DNA of 64,000 nt from Octopus vulgaris (GCA_951406725.2 OX597833.1:33046001-33110000); one strand, 5' to 3'; positions 39,191 through 53,930 are shown, counted from the first letter of the stretch. Notes: a model not told the origin generated them from the letters alone. A program made the numbers and translations.

Positions 39191-41709
39191 AACTTCTTTT
39201 CTTCCCAAACTAATACACCTGCTTGTTGTTCCCTCACCTGACTTTTCTATTGCTTTCTGTAAATTTGAACCATAAATGTGTGTGTGTGTGTGTGATTGTG
39301 TGTGTGTGTGCTTGTGTATGTGTGTAAGGAAGAAGAGAAGGGGATTGCGTATATTATCCAGGAAAAAAACACCAGTGCGGAGATATGGGAAGGTTAACAC
39401 AACAGATCTGTTTAGGCTGGTTACACTTGAGGCTGTTCTAATCTGGCTGGCCCCAAAAGTCTAAGCTACGATCAACCATTATCATGCTTATGAACTTATT
39501 TTGAAGCAAAACTGGTCTCCAATAATTTCATCGCAAGATAATACTGTTTATTGATCAGATGATATATTTTGTCAATGATGTATTTGCTGTAGAACTAAGT
39601 TTTCGATATAAAATCAAAAGAATTCAGAAGTACAACAATATAAAGCAATTAAGATAAAATAACTACTAAATAAGAAGTCAAGCTGTCACGTAGTCTGCTC
39701 TAACTTGTTCACAAGATGTTACAGTTTCTTGTCCAGCTTAGATATTGAGTGAATAATATATTTACTTTAGAAATAGCTTTTCTATATGAAATCAAAACAA
39801 TCCAGAATTTCAAAAGTATAAAGCAATTGAGATAAAATAGCTAGTAAATGGTGTCCAAAAGTTAACATACTGGTGCTTTATCACCTGGTTTGAAGTCGTT
39901 CAGATTATGAAATAATTCATCTCACAGAATACAATGCCAGTCTTTTACGTTGAAAATGCATAACGCATAAAAATAATATCCTGTTCGAGAATTGCCAGAA
40001 ATTGAAATACATAATGCAAAAGTGAACACACAACGTGGGTGGAAATACTATGCTGCGTAGGACACGTCCATCGCATCAGATGCTAGCAGCAGAGTGATAG
40101 TTTTAAGAGAAATTCATGATGGCTTGTAAGTTTCAGACTTCTTTTCGCCTGCTCAGATTTCGTGATATTTGTACTATGAAAGCGATACCACTTTTCTTGA
40201 TGCTCGAATAGGATGTTGGCAGGGCTGTAGCGCAGTTGTGGCGCTTAGATTTGCTCCCTTTCCGCTATAGGTTGGATCAACAAAAAAGTACTCCATGTAA
40301 TGAGAGATAAATATCAATAATGCTCATACTATTAGAATAAATTCCATTAGATGTGTATAGTATGGCTTGTGTCACAAAGTAAATTTTGGGAGCAGGGCAT
40401 ATGATTAGTCCTATTTGAAAACATGAGTGCTGATTCATGAGAAAACAAGAAAAATTGAGAACGCTGATGCAAAAAGTAGAACGAGTAGAAAATAAAACCA
40501 AGAGTTGCGCTGTCTCTGACAGTATAAATCATAAATTTATCTAGCTGGTGTAGAATAATTCAACTGTGAGGGAGGCAAGTCTGTTTAATTCGGAGAGGGT
40601 AGTGTCCTTCAGTTCAACAAAGGGATTTGCCTATATGCTTGTATTTGCTGAAAATTTCGGTCCTGAAATTTAGTAGTATAATTAAATACTTGGTTTCAAA
40701 TAGTATATGCGATCTTTCATAAACCGACCTTTTTATTTATTTTTTTTTTCGATTGCGCTTTCTTCAAGCACTGCTGTGACTTTGGCCTCATAAATGACTG
40801 AGTTTATCAAATACGTCCTGATCGAGTGGGCAAGCTTAAGGGTCTTGACAATTACCAAGAGGAGACGGCTTTTGGTGTACTTTGCGAGTGATTATGTCCT
40901 TCAGTTGTTTCACATTTTTAAAGAGCATCTATTAAAAATGTGTTCCTGTATTTATGGTTTAGTGGAAAATGCTACCTATCTCGTAATGTCAATAATATCT
41001 GGCTTACTTCAGCTTTAACATTCAGGGAAAAGTGGGGCGAACAATACCATTTTCTTAGGTTTATTTTTAGGTTTCTTATTTTAGATTGAAGGGTTATAAG
41101 ATATCTTATCTTTGAAGCTGCTGCTAGCTTGGGCATTGTTATATTGGGGTTGGGTGCTTTATCGAATATTCCTTTCGAAGAGGATATATAACCTCCATCG
41201 CATGAAATTATTATCTTTAATCTTTTCATTTTTTTAATCATTATACTGTGGCCATGCTGAGGCACAGCATTGTGGAACTTTTAGTCGAATGAGTCGACAT
41301 CAGTACTTACTTTTTTGTTAAGCTTTCTACGTATTCTATCGGTCGCTTTTGCCGAACCGTTAAATTATGGGTGCGTAAAGGCATTCAGAAAAGGGCCTGA
41401 GGATTGGTTAGCATTCCATAATTAACGGTCATACCCCAACCTTTGGGATACGGGCGTGCTATTTCCTCTTTCTGTCTTTTCCATCCATAGTACAATTAAG
41501 AGCTAGTTGATCTCATACCTACATCACTCATGTACCCTAATTCAATTTGCCCCTCCACTTCTCATCACTTCTGTTGCTTTGAGCCCATCTACTTTGCAAG
41601 AAATACTATGCTCCACTCAATCTACTCTGAAAACTGGTCATTTGGGATCTCCCCAGTCTATCTTACCCGCAGTGTTAGCCTATAACAATTTAAACAAAAT
41701 ATTGATTTC

Positions 41710-41915
41710 TAATTTAGGTACAATGTCAGCAAATTTGAGAGATTTAGCGGTCGATTACATCGATCCCAGTGCTCGACGAATACTTATTATATCGACTTCA
41801 AAAGGAAGAATGGCAAATCGATCTCGGAAATGTTTGAACTCAGAATGTTAAGGCGGACGAAATGCTGTAAGTATTTTGCCCAACGTCCTAACAATTCTTC
41901 CAGCTAGCCGCCTAA
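41710..41915 (-). mobile_element. Degraded Nin-domain-like SINE
   Basis: gtcgattacatcgatcccagt...tttgaactcagaat...ccagctagccgcct. Confidence 0.75.
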
Positions 41916-42629
41916 TTTAAACGGAACATTAACGGCATAAACCACACCGGTCTCTGAGGACCTGTTATGGTTATGGTCACTGCCTCTTCATCTCGACTAA
42001 AGAAAACTATGAGAATGTCCACATATATTCGTAAGTCCGTATATGTCTATATGGCAATTTTACGAAAGAGAAACATTTTCACATTGAACAATATAATTGA
42101 TAATTCGCTGTTATGGTAATCAGGCACATGGTTGGCAACATGCTCTGTTTTTGCTTACACTGTACCTTGAATTTTCAAATATTAATTGAATATTGATTTT
42201 CTTTTTGCATATTTAGTACATGTCAAATTTATAAAAAAGAAGAAATGAGATACAAGGGACATTAGTTAAATCAGTGATCTTCACTGATTTAATATATGAT
42301 GAGTTTTAACATTTGGTGTTGTTTCCTGGTCTACACTTGCTCAGGGCTTGCACCTCTCGACTATGTGCTGCTCACGGCCTCCCGCGAAATTTTCATTTCG
42401 TACACAACCACAATGCTAATGATACATGAGACGAATGGTAATGAGAAGCTGTGGTATTCGTGGCTATTCTAAGACTATAAGAGAGGAAAGACAGATGTGA
42501 CCACAAAGAGTCATCAGCTAAATGCGCAATCGGACCCCAGAATTGTAAATAATGCACACAGTCGTGAAAAAGCTGAATTTATAGTAAATTGAATCATATA
42601 CACCGTATTATTGGTACTTATTATATTGA

Positions 42630-44117
42630 CTAGCAGCATAGCCCGGCGTTGCCCGGGTATGTAGGCAACGACTAATCCCGATCTAGTCCTTTCCCTATAG
42701 GGAACGAAGGCGCATGTGTAGGTTGCAATGTCTTCTCTTCACTCCAATACTTCTGTGTTCCTAGCTGTCCCTTTGGGCGAAAACATGAAAACATCATTGC
42801 GCCTCCCAACGCGTGAACAGCCCACGTAGAGTTGACCGTGGGCGAAGCATTGTTCGCCCAACTGTAACCCAGCGACTTGTAGCGTTTGGCCTTGGGATTT
42901 ATTGATGGACATTGCGAAGCAGAGTTTAACAGGAAACTGAGAACGCCTGAAGAGGATTGGTAGGTCAGCGCCCGACGGTTGAAGGTGCATGCGTGGAATG
43001 AAGACGTCCTCTCCCTTCCCACAACCGGTAAGTATTGTGGCCGTTATTAAATGCGGTGCCAAATGTTTCACAACCAGACGTGTGCCGTTGCACTGTTTAG
43101 GTGGAACCAAATTCCTGATGAGCATAATGGGCGCACCGACTTTTACCTTCAGGATGTGTGGCGGCTGACCTGGCGGTTCAAGTGAATTCAGGAATTCAAC
43201 AGGATAATCGGCAAGCTCGGCGGGGTCTGCTGTCCTATCTATAGATTTGTAGACGTGGACATCACCAAGGTTATGTTGTCTGGTCATGTTTTGTCTCGTT
43301 GACTGCTTGAAGTGGCGGTGTTGGGGGTAAAGTCTCGAATGTAATTTCTTCCTGGTTAGTCTGGAGGTTTCGACGTAATCTTCCTGGTTAGTCTGGAGGT
43401 TTCGACGTAATCTTTGGTTTGAAAATTAAGTCTAGAGTTCCTCCTGTGGGTTGAATTATCGATAGCTGTTTGATAGTTATTTGGGGGAGTGAGTTAAAGA
43501 AGGTCGAGTTGCGTCCCCTAGACAGTCTGTAGTTTGTGTTTAATACACAAATCGGTTTGCTATGGGTGCCACATATGATTTAATTAACCGATTTTTTCCA
43601 GTAATAAAGTATCCTATTGGAATAAAAAGGGCCATATAGCTCCTTGGAGCAGATATGATGCTCGCTGTGAATTTTTTAAAAATTCCTGCCAATTTGTGAA
43701 AGATATTGTCGAAAATATGTCATCTTGAATTTAAACGCGATTTCCCAAAATGGCATGATTTTATCGATTTTTTCTGATGGTAAGGTATTGCATGGAAAAC
43801 TAACGTCAGAATTAAGTTTCTTAGGGTAACATTAAGCTTCACCATGAGTTTGGGGAAAATCGATTGCAAGTTGCGAAAACTACAATAGAAAATGTGTTGC
43901 ATATAAGAAGCTTAGATTCTCGACCCCATGTCGAATTTATCAATTTTTTTCAGAACTGGGGGAACTTTTCAAAACTTTCGCTACGTTAGTTTTGAATTAT
44001 GACATTGGGCTATGTGTGTGTCAAGTTTCATCAGAATCGGTTGAAAGCCGTGGTCAGGGTGAGGGTACAACCTGACAGACACACAGACAGACAAACTGCC
44101 TTTTATATAGAGAGAGA
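42630..44117 (-). mobile_element. Non-autonomous Helitron carrying a Pif1 helicase C-terminal fragment
   Basis: Minus strand has 5' TC at 44117, a 3' hairpin cccgggcaacgccggg followed by CTAG, and an A|T target. Confidence 0.85.
42739..43287 (-). pseudogene. Helitron Pif1-family helicase C-terminus (motifs V-VI)
   Basis: [34 protein letters not shown]. Confidence 0.92.
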
Positions 44118-46736
44118 TATCTAATATGAAAATTTGAAATCGAAATATGATGAATATTCAAGTATAAAATTCTTCGAGAAATAATCAACTTTTCATGTGT
44201 TATTTGAAATACTGGAGAAAATTGTATTAATAAAAAATTTAGATGGTATGTTACAGGTTAGAGCACTTTTGTTGCTGTGCCTTGAACATCAAATTAGTAC
44301 AAGTTAATCAGAATGTGTGCAGTTGTTGCCAACTTGTTCCTAATTTGAAATATGTTTCTTTCTAGAATTGTTACCAATGCACTATCTCTTACAGATAATA
44401 GGGAAAAGGAAAAAGTTGATGTTATATTTAGCCGACAAAGAAGGCGTTACTTTCATTCTCTAATTCACTATAACCATTCACTAATGCCCCCATGAAAACG
44501 TGATCGTCACACAATCTCAATTTGACCACAAGTGTGAGTCTCATTTTTAGTATATATGGTGTGAATATTTGATAGAAATTATAAGCCCCGAAGAAGCTTC
44601 GAGAAAAGAATTTGTGATCTACTATAGATACCTCATTGTAACCATTTTCTCCGGTTACGCGCCTAAACCAATCTACAAAAGGATGAAATCACATTTCCTT
44701 TCTCTTAACCTGTAGGCTCTTGTCTACAATAACTAAATGAAAATATGACTGTACATTTACATTGTCATTTTTCAATTTAACCAGCATCCAATTCGTATGT
44801 AACGTGCATATTTCTCTATGCGTAACATATATATAGTAACTTACTGCTCTGTTGTCTACGATAGATTTGAGTAATATATACATATGTGTATATTGAGTTG
44901 AAGAACGAATGTAACCATGATATTCTATGATCTGAAAAGTTAGCCTTTTATACCTGTATGACCTGTAAAATATACACTAGTACTATGTAATTTATAACAT
45001 ATACACCAATACAGGGAAGTATAATAGTTTATCATATACTAAAATAAATTATTTTTCCATGATGTTGGCTTTGTTGTGAAAAGGCACCTAGATTGTTGCA
45101 CGCGTAACTGAAATATGGAATTGACAAAGGATGGTAAAACATAGGTAAGTTTGAGATGATTATAATGCACCAAGCGGGTTTACGACTTGTTGGACACCGT
45201 TGAGTATACCAACAACGTACAATTCAACGTAACGCGGGCTCTGGGCCAATCCATAGGTGTTAAGTACTCATATATACTATATGCACAATTTTATAGACTT
45301 AATAAACAGCACTCATAAGTTAAATATTCTCTCATACTTTACTATTTTTCTAATAAACATATAAACAATATACCGTACATATGATACAACCTTTAGTTAA
45401 ATTGTATATACTCTCTAATCACATGAAAGCGTTACCGACGGGCTAGATAACACAGTGACAAGCATAATTATTATAAGATGATTTCTATAGTTAGAGAGGA
45501 CGCAACTCTTAGTTTTCTTTATTTTTCTTTTGTCAACTCGTTCCACGTTTTGCACTAACATCCTCAATTTTTTCGTGTTTTCTCATACATCAGCGAAAAG
45601 AAGCCTGAAACCTACAAGCCATCTTGAATTTTTCTCAAAACTATCGTACTACTGCTAGCACCTGATGCGATGGACGTGTCTTACGCACCCACAGTATTTG
45701 CACCCTCATTATGTGTTCACTTTGGCATTATGCATTTCGATTTCTGGCAATTCTCGGAAAGAATATTATTTTTATGCATTATGCAACGTCACCTATTTGT
45801 TAGTGTTGTATAACGCGTACCAAATAATCTTCGAAGGGAAGTTTGAGAGACTATTGTACTTTCGAATCGCTTTAATTTTATATTGAAAAGCTATTTCTAA
45901 AGTGAATATATTATTGACTTAACATTTCAACTGATCAATAAACTGCAACATCTTGCGATGAAATTATAACAGACTCTGTGTCACTACTCGACTTGCCAGA
46001 AATAGCAACCAAATACACTTCAAATTACATTCACCAGCTAAAAATGAAAGAACACATCGATATGTAATGTTCCAGAAAAATATACTTATGACTGAAACGC
46101 CTTTGAATAAAGTTACAACCGGCCTGGGGTTATATAAAAACAACAGCAACAACGACAACAATGGTAACATCTGCCAGTTTATTGTTGTTTTCTCTAGTCG
46201 AGAATGGTCTCTGAGAAGTATAGGCAAACATCTCAATTTAAATCGAGACAATTTTTATATCTGTATCAGATACCTGATTATAATGTCAACAATAAATGAG
46301 GAAACTTAAAAGAAAAAAAAAATGCTTTATACACAGCACTCATAAAATAGATACTCACTCTTATTTTTCCGTTTCCCCTATAAAATTTTTTATTAATTAG
46401 CATGGTCACAATTTCATATCTAGGAAACACAAATGTTATAGTAAAAAAAAACTATTTTATATGTAAAATATAGGGGTCCCAATTTCTCGGGGATAAAAGT
46501 TTAATGCAACATAGCATACTCCGACAACCACATCGTTGATAACTTATAAGACAAGGCGATGTGTCATAGTCAATATACATTTCAATTTGTGTTCACCTTT
46601 CAATCCAATACTTCTTTGGAAACTATGTTCTTCGTGTCAGTTCTCCCTGTTCTTTACCCTTGTTTGTCAGTGTTGACAAACTCTCACATCAGATAATTTG
46701 CGAGCCCTTGAGAATGCAATATATACCTGACCGTTA

Positions 46737-47136
46737 AGGCGGTGAGCTGGCAGAAACGTTAACACGCCGGGCGAAATGCGTAGCCGTATTTCGTTTGCCG
46801 TTACGTTCTGAGTTCAAATTCCGCCGAGGTCGACTTTGCCTTTCATCCTCTCAGGGTCGATAAATTAAGTACCAGTTACGCACTGGGGTCGATGTAATCG
46901 ACTTAATCCGTTTGTCTGTCCTTGTTTGTCCTCTCTGTGTTTATCCCCTTGTGGGTAGTAAAGAAATAGGTATTTCGTCTGTCTTTACGTTCTGAGTTCA
47001 AATTCTGCCGAAGTCGACTTTGCCTTTCATCAGTTCGGGGTCGATAAATAAAGTACCAGTTGCGTACTGGAGTCGATCTAATCGACTGGCCCCCTCCCCA
47101 AAAATTTCGAGCCTTGTGCCTAGAGGAGAAAAGAAT
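46737..47136 (+). mobile_element. Tandem pair of Nin-domain-like tRNA SINEs with two different 3' tails
   Basis: Head ggcggtgagctggcagaa (A box), gagttcaaattc (B box), core gcctttcatcc..gggtcgataaa..agtaccag. Tail A is at about 46905-46968 and tail B at about 47085-47136. Confidence 0.88.
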
Positions 47137-48312
47137 ATATAGCTGACCATCCCCGAATAAGGTTCAGGCAAGAACAACCTCATTTTATCAAATATTTGCT
47201 CTTGTTATTTATTGATGGTCATTACATATGACATGTGAATGGAAACTGGTTTCTTTCTAAAGTGAATGGCATGTTTGTGATGCGCATGCGTTAAGTGATA
47301 GGTGATATTAAAAAAACTTAGTTCGATTTTTAAAAGTTCATTTAACTTTGTGCTCACCATCACCACCTCCAGCGCCACCACCTTCATCATCACCATCACT
47401 CTCCCCCTCTTTCTCGCACTCTCTCTTTCTGACCTTCTTCAATCTTACCATAAGAACATCACCTCTCTGCTAAAATTCTATTCTCAACTCTTCTCTATAT
47501 CACTACCATCAACTAACATTTTTAACCACATAATAAATATTACGTTTCTCCACATGTCCTCCCTCTTTCTACCTTATTCTTCGCCTTATTCTCTTTTCTC
47601 CCTCCCTTTTCTTTCTCTTGTTCTCTCTTTCCCTTCAACTAATAACGTGAAACCGTGACAATTACTATCTCTCCACTTCACGTCATGGACCCTTCTCTCT
47701 CCCTCTTTCCTTTCTCCCTCTTTTTCCTTAATCACATAAAAGCGTTACCGACGGGTTAAGTGATGTAATGACAAACAGAATTATTATGAGACAAAACCAT
47801 TCTGCTTTTCGCCACCAATTGTATAATATCTTAAAGGTTTTGATTTGTTTTGTTTGTTGCATTTTTTAAAAGCTGGTTGGTCATGAATGAATGCATTAAT
47901 TTGGAAGAATCACTACAACATCTATAGACTGCTCTGTGATATTAGTTCTGACTTTGTGCTTAGAGTTCTAATCATGCCGAAGTCAGCATTTTTTAATCCA
48001 TCTTTAGATCAACACAAATTTATCAATCCAATTAGATTGTTGAACAAGAACATTTGCAGTATACAGTCCAACTGTCTGCATTGTAACGGCATTTGTGCAA
48101 AGCTAACCCTAACCTAGCTTTTTCCTTAGAAAATATAGGTGGCTTGGAGAGGGAAGACATGCATGCATATGCAATTTCCAGTTTTGCTTCCACATAAGTA
48201 CATCACTATGATAAAGGTTGCAGACAGATGCTTTAGGAGGTGTGATTTAGGTAGATGTAACTCGTGTTTGTAGTAGTTTATTCACCTGAATAGAAGCGCT
48301 CTCACTCACTTG

Positions 48313-48358
<46 letters not shown>

Positions 48359-48889
48359 ACTCCTCCTCTCTCTCTCTCTTTCACTGCCACCCTCTCTCTC
48401 TCTTTCTCTCTCTCTCGTTGACTCATGATTGTCAACGCAGCTTTTCTTGATCAAGTTTGAGTGAAGTCTAAATAACAGACGGTTGGTCACAGTTCGAACA
48501 TCATTAATGACAACTCTGCTGAGTTTCAAACAAAGAGAGCACCTGTGCAGTCGTCCGAACATGCTCGAAATTGAAACAACATTTTCCCAACTCAAACTGT
48601 ACCATCTTGATTAATGGTGAACACGTTAGACAATTTAAAGAAAGGATGAGACGGTTATAGTGAGCTTTCTAGTTGATACAACTTTCCTGATCAAGACTAA
48701 CTTGGTGCAAATCGACAATTCACCAACAACCCCGAAAAGGATGTAACACCGGTAACAACAATAACAACACCAGCAATCACATCATCAACAGCAACTTCAA
48801 GAACAGCAAAAATAAAAAATATAATCAACCACGAGACAGTCGGAATTCTCAATTCGTGCGTGAGGAAGGAAGAACAAATATATAAATAA

Positions 48890-49044
48890 GATTATATCGA
48901 CCCCAGTGCGTAACTGGTACTTATTTAATCGACCCCGAAAGGCAAAGTCGACCTCGGCGGAATTTGAACTCAGAACGTAGGGGCAGACGAAATGTCGCTA
49001 AGCATTTCGTCAAGCGTGCTAACGATTCTGCCAGCTTGCTGCCT

Positions 49045-49132
<88 letters not shown>

Positions 49133-49450
49133 CTTTTCTACTGAAGGCACAAGGCCATGAAATTTTGGGGTAGAGGACTAGTCGATTACATCGACCCCAG
49201 TATTCAACTGGTACTTATTTTATCGACCTCGAAAGGATGAAAGGCAAAGTCGACCTCGGTGGAATTTGAACTCAGAATGTAAAGACGGATGAAATGCCGC
49301 TAAGCATTTTGTCCAACGTAGTAACGATTTCTATTATAGGCGCAAGGCCCGAAATTTGGGGAGAGGGAGCCAGTCGATTAGATACCCCAGTATGCAACTG
49401 GTGCTTAATTTATCGACCCCAAAAGGATTAAAGACAAAGTTGACCTCGGC
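48890..49450 (-). mobile_element. Cluster of three Nin-domain-like SINEs with a (TAC)n(TAA)n tract
   Basis: Repeated atcgaccccag..aactggtactta..atcgacc.cgaaagg..aaagtcgacctcggcggaatttgaactcagaac. Confidence 0.88.
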
Positions 49451-49469
49451 CCATAAGTTCAAAATCTAC

Positions 49470-50232
49470 AACGGAAAAGACGATACAATCATAAGGAACA
49501 TGTGAGGCCTAACAAAAAATGCATATACAATAAAAACACAGCGATTAACAACATTTAAACAACAATATTACCCAGGGACAACTAAGGAACCTCACATCTT
49601 GGTCTCCTCTATCATCAAGTGCATACCGAGCAGGCATCCCTCTCCTCTTCATCCCGCCCACCTTACAGGAAAGTTGGCCTATTCATACGGGGCAGCCTCG
49701 CCACATTTACCCAGTTTTCAACACTTCCCTCTCCAACTCACCTTTTCAAGTGGAACTTGAGAAAGTAGATGACAGCTTGGCAGTAAGGGAAAGTATCTAA
49801 CTTCTGTTCTTTCAGCCTCGTCAACCACACTAGCTTTTTCCCCATAATCACCAGACAATGGAAAACTGCCTTCCTTCCCGGCCAAAGAAGGCGGCGGGAC
49901 AACCCTCACGATGGGCTCGGCTGATAACTGGATCCTCCTTACATGCAACAATAGTTGTTTGACAAAGCTTCACAATTCAGCAACGCCCAAACACTGGACA
50001 AGTGCATATGCAGAACAGTATCATTGCTCTGCGCGCATATCGGACAGGTCAGTCTGATAGTACATCTGTGCCTGTAGAGCTTGTATGGAACTGGTAGACA
50101 CCCTCGGGAGCACTGGCGTGGCAGGGATTTCTGGAAATTATACAAAGACCCCGGCCTGATAATCCTCCGGAAAAGACCAACTAATTGATCTCCCCGACTT
50201 CCAGGATTTCCCCGAGGAAGTCGTTGCGCTTG
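49470..50232 (-). mobile_element. Decayed 3' fragment of an L1/Tx1-type ORF2
   Basis: NFQKSLPRQCSRGCLPV..KL.RH...CPICAQSNDTVLH resembles NFQKSLAWQCYRGALPVRDKLARH..CPRC in 29976-31064. Confidence 0.75.
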
Positions 50233-50233
50233 C

Positions 50234-50890
50234 TCATTTTAGGATGCACTCTCTATATCTGACCACCGCAACTGCCCAGATATTCATTGCATTAATCAAT
50301 TTTTTGACATTCAGGTTAGATTTCAAAACCATCATCCTTTTTTGACACGCTTCGCTGACCTTGACTTTCATTTCTCTGTGTAAATACGCGTCTATATCCA
50401 CTACCGTCGGGTTCATTCATGGTCTCTCCTGGTGGTAACCACAATCCTCTGTGGGATGCTTTCTTCCCTCTTTTCACATTAAGTACTGAGCATTTGGTAA
50501 TCCCAAATTCCATACGGATGTCCCTACCACTCTTCTGGAGTGTTTTGGTTAAGGGATCTATATGTTTTTCAGATTTCCCAAGCAACTTCAGGTCATCCAT
50601 AAACAGAAGATGGTTCAATGATGAGCCTTTCTTTCCTATTATTATTACTATTTTTATTATTATTGTTATGGTCGTCATACTGGAAAGACACGTTAATCTG
50701 GAGCTTCGTAGGTAGTAAGAAAGTTTTCCATCTTTTCTGTTTGTTAAGGTCCCGTTCATTCATTTTAAGTGGTTACAGTCTTCTTTTTAACATTATCTGA
50801 ACTGCGCTGGTAATATTTCTGTTGAGAGACACCCTCTGTTTTGCAACTTTTCATTATCCAAATATTTTGATACATGGCGTAGAAAGAACT
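50234..50890 (-). mobile_element. Non-LTR RT fragment (R4/Dong-like)
   Basis: LNHLLFMDDLKL..IRMEFGITKC and LINAMNIWAVAVVRY. Confidence 0.65.
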
Positions 50891-50902
50891 AATGATAATC
50901 TT

Positions 50903-51435
50903 ATCTACTCAAGGCACAAGGCCCGAAATTTTGGGGGAGGAGCCAGTCAATTAGATCGACCCCAGTACGCAACTTGTACTTAAGGATGAATTTGAACTCA
51001 GAACGTAAAGACAGACGAAATACTTATTTCTTTACTATGCACAAGGGGCTAAACACAGAGGAGACAAACAAGGACAGACAAAGGGATTATGTCTATTACA
51101 TCTACCCCAGTGTGTAACTGGTACTTAAATTATCGACCCCGAAAGGATGAAAGGCAAATTCGACCTCGGCGGAATTTGAACTCAGAACGTAACGCCAGAC
51201 AAAATACCTATTTCTTTACTACCCACAAGGGGCTAAACACAGAGAGGACAAACAAGGACAGACAAGCGGATTAAGTCGATTACATCGACCCCAGTGGTAC
51301 TTATTTTTATCGACCCTGAAAGGATGAAAGGTAAAGTCGACCTCGGCGGAATTTGAACTCAGAACGTAACGGCAGACAAAATACGGCTACGCATTTCGCC
51401 CGGCGTGCTAACGTTTCCGCCAGCTCGCCGCCTTA
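50903..51435 (-). mobile_element. Tandem Nin-domain-like SINE cluster (tails A and B)
   Basis: Near-identical to the reverse complement of 46737-47136. Confidence 0.88.
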
Positions 51436-52139
51436 AAAAAACTTATGATAATGTTTGATGATGGGATGCGATCCTTGTCCGAAAAGCAAGAAACTACTGA
51501 CATAGCGTTCCGTGAGCCGAGATACGGTGGCACTGCTAAGAAACACCTAAACAAGAGGTATCACGTATATAATTTACTTCATATCTCTGCTAGACAGATT
51601 TCAAACTTTTGACTTATCTATAAGAAATAATATTCAATATTACGTCAGAAATGCGTATAATAGATACAAACAGTTCGTGCTCAGAACGGACTATACGAAT
51701 AAAATTCAACGTTAAGTGAAGGACGACGGAATCCAGGCAAAGAAGTTTGCAAAAAGCAATGTACCGGTCGAGCCAATGAAAGCGTTATAAAATAAAATAT
51801 GAATAAGTGCTTATCGTGGCATCAATCTATAATTAAGCAGGAAAATTTAAAACTCAGATAAGTGAAATTCATAGTATTATAGTTCTTCGTAGAGAGGTAG
51901 ATATCCTGAAAGTTCATATTTTAATATCACAAAAATGGATACTTGCATTCTCATCTCTTTTATCCGTGATATTAGTTTATGAAGTTTCAGAAGCACTGTT
52001 ATGAATTTTCGCTTTGTTGATTTTCTTGTTCTTCTTGTTCATACACACTTCTGTATAACTAATTTATAAATGTTTTGATGTCATTAATAACGTCTTTTAT
52101 ACATACATATATGCATGCACACACACACACATATATGTG

Positions 52140-52194
<55 letters not shown>

Positions 52195-52300
52195 TATATA
52201 TATACTTTAGGATAGAATCTTTATAAGAAATTATCAAGTAGTTGGCGTGAAAAACTTCATAAGGGAAAAAATTTATTAATTATTCCCTTTATAGGGAATA

Positions 52301-52345
<45 letters not shown>

Positions 52346-52346
<1 letters not shown>

Positions 52347-53375
52347 TAGCATTATGACCCGTCGTTGCCGGGTTATAGTGCTAGTGCATGTATATAGGAG
52401 TATATATATGTGTACATATTACATGTACATCTATATATATATACATCTACACATAAAATACAAAATACAAAGTTATATCTTGATATCACTAGTGATAACA
52501 ATACTCAAAATATGTAACAGACTGGAATTGTAAGCCCGTCTCTTGTAATTTCGATCAATTGTATCTTGTCCTCCCTCTTGTATAGAAGTGTGGCTACAAT
52601 CCAGCCTACCTCAACTTCTGGTGGGGGGGCATTTTCAATTTTTATCCGGCACGTCCTACGTCCCAGATATAAAGGTAAAAATAAAATAATTCCACTTTGC
52701 AAGTTCGAGTCGAGTACTCCCTTACACGCTCCGTTGACTCGAACCTTGCTTCTCTTGTGGCGAATTTACCGCCTCTGCTTAGATTACTTTCATAGTCGCA
52801 CCTAGAAACTTTTCGATTGTGCTTTCCTCCAGGTATTCAAATCTTTTTTCTCTACATTGTATACTTTATAGACAATAGTCTTTTCTTTAATTTAATTTTT
52901 TATTATCCATCTGGACTATTCCATTTCTGCACGCTAATTTTATTTTCAATTTATTCCCATTCATGTGAAACCACTTATTCAAGTTCAAGTCATTGATGCA
53001 ATTTTATACCAATTGCTATTTTTACTTTTGTTATGTTACGATTATATTACACTTTAGTTTGATTTTAATTATTACTTACTACATATAATTCAATTGTTAT
53101 TATTATTTTTATTGTTAAAGTGAAAGTATCTGACATAAAATAGAGAAATGTTTTTGTTTCACTTTTAACACGTAATACTGAAATAGTGGAGAAGATCTGA
53201 TATTGCTATGGGCTCGCTCTAGGCAAGAAGTTGAACATTTTTTTCCGATGACGCTCCACGAGCCCTAAGTAAGGCATGTGTAAAATTTGAATGAAATTGG
53301 TTGTGTAGTTCTCGAGTTTTAGGGAAACACACGGACGGACAGACAGACAGACACACATTCTCAGTTTTATATATA
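52346..53375 (-). mobile_element. Uninterrupted non-coding Helitron-like repeat (empty-site reference for 28985-35462)
   Basis: Same termini and colinear interior; flanked by (TA)n. Confidence 0.82.
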
Positions 53376-53433
53376 TTATATATATATATAGCAATAATAA
53401 TTCTCTAAAAGAGATATAGACAGTAACTGCTCG

Positions 53434-53657
53434 ATAACATAAGGGACTAAAGCCATCTGAATATGGCTAGGGACAGGGCAGGGTGGTGGGGGTGTTACTG
53501 TTGCATTTAGCCCCAGGCGAACATCGACGTCACCAGATCGTGACGGTGTCGGGCCTATCTGGTGACGTCGATGTTCGCCTGGGGCTAAATGCAACAGTAA
53601 CACCCCCACCACCCTGCCCTGTCCCTAGCCATATTCAGATGGCTTTAGTCCCTTATG

Positions 53658-53661
<4 letters not shown>
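53434..53661. repeat. Inverted repeat with 105-bp arms and an 18-nt loop, in (TA)n
   Basis: Arms at 53434-53538 and 53557-53661; mirror ORFs appear on both strands. Confidence 0.92.
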
Positions 53662-53714
<53 letters not shown>

Positions 53715-53832
53715 CCACCAAGTAAGTTAGGGGTTGTGGATCCAACCCACTAAGGGATAATACTTATCCAATATACTGTTGGAAAGGTGATAAACCAACT
53801 AAATTGTTTCTCCATTTTCTTATTTGTATTAA

Positions 53833-53930
<98 letters not shown>

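Noticed and set aside
46737-46830. tRNA gene
   Set aside because: The A and B boxes belong to a SINE head with an insertion, and there is no complete cloverleaf.
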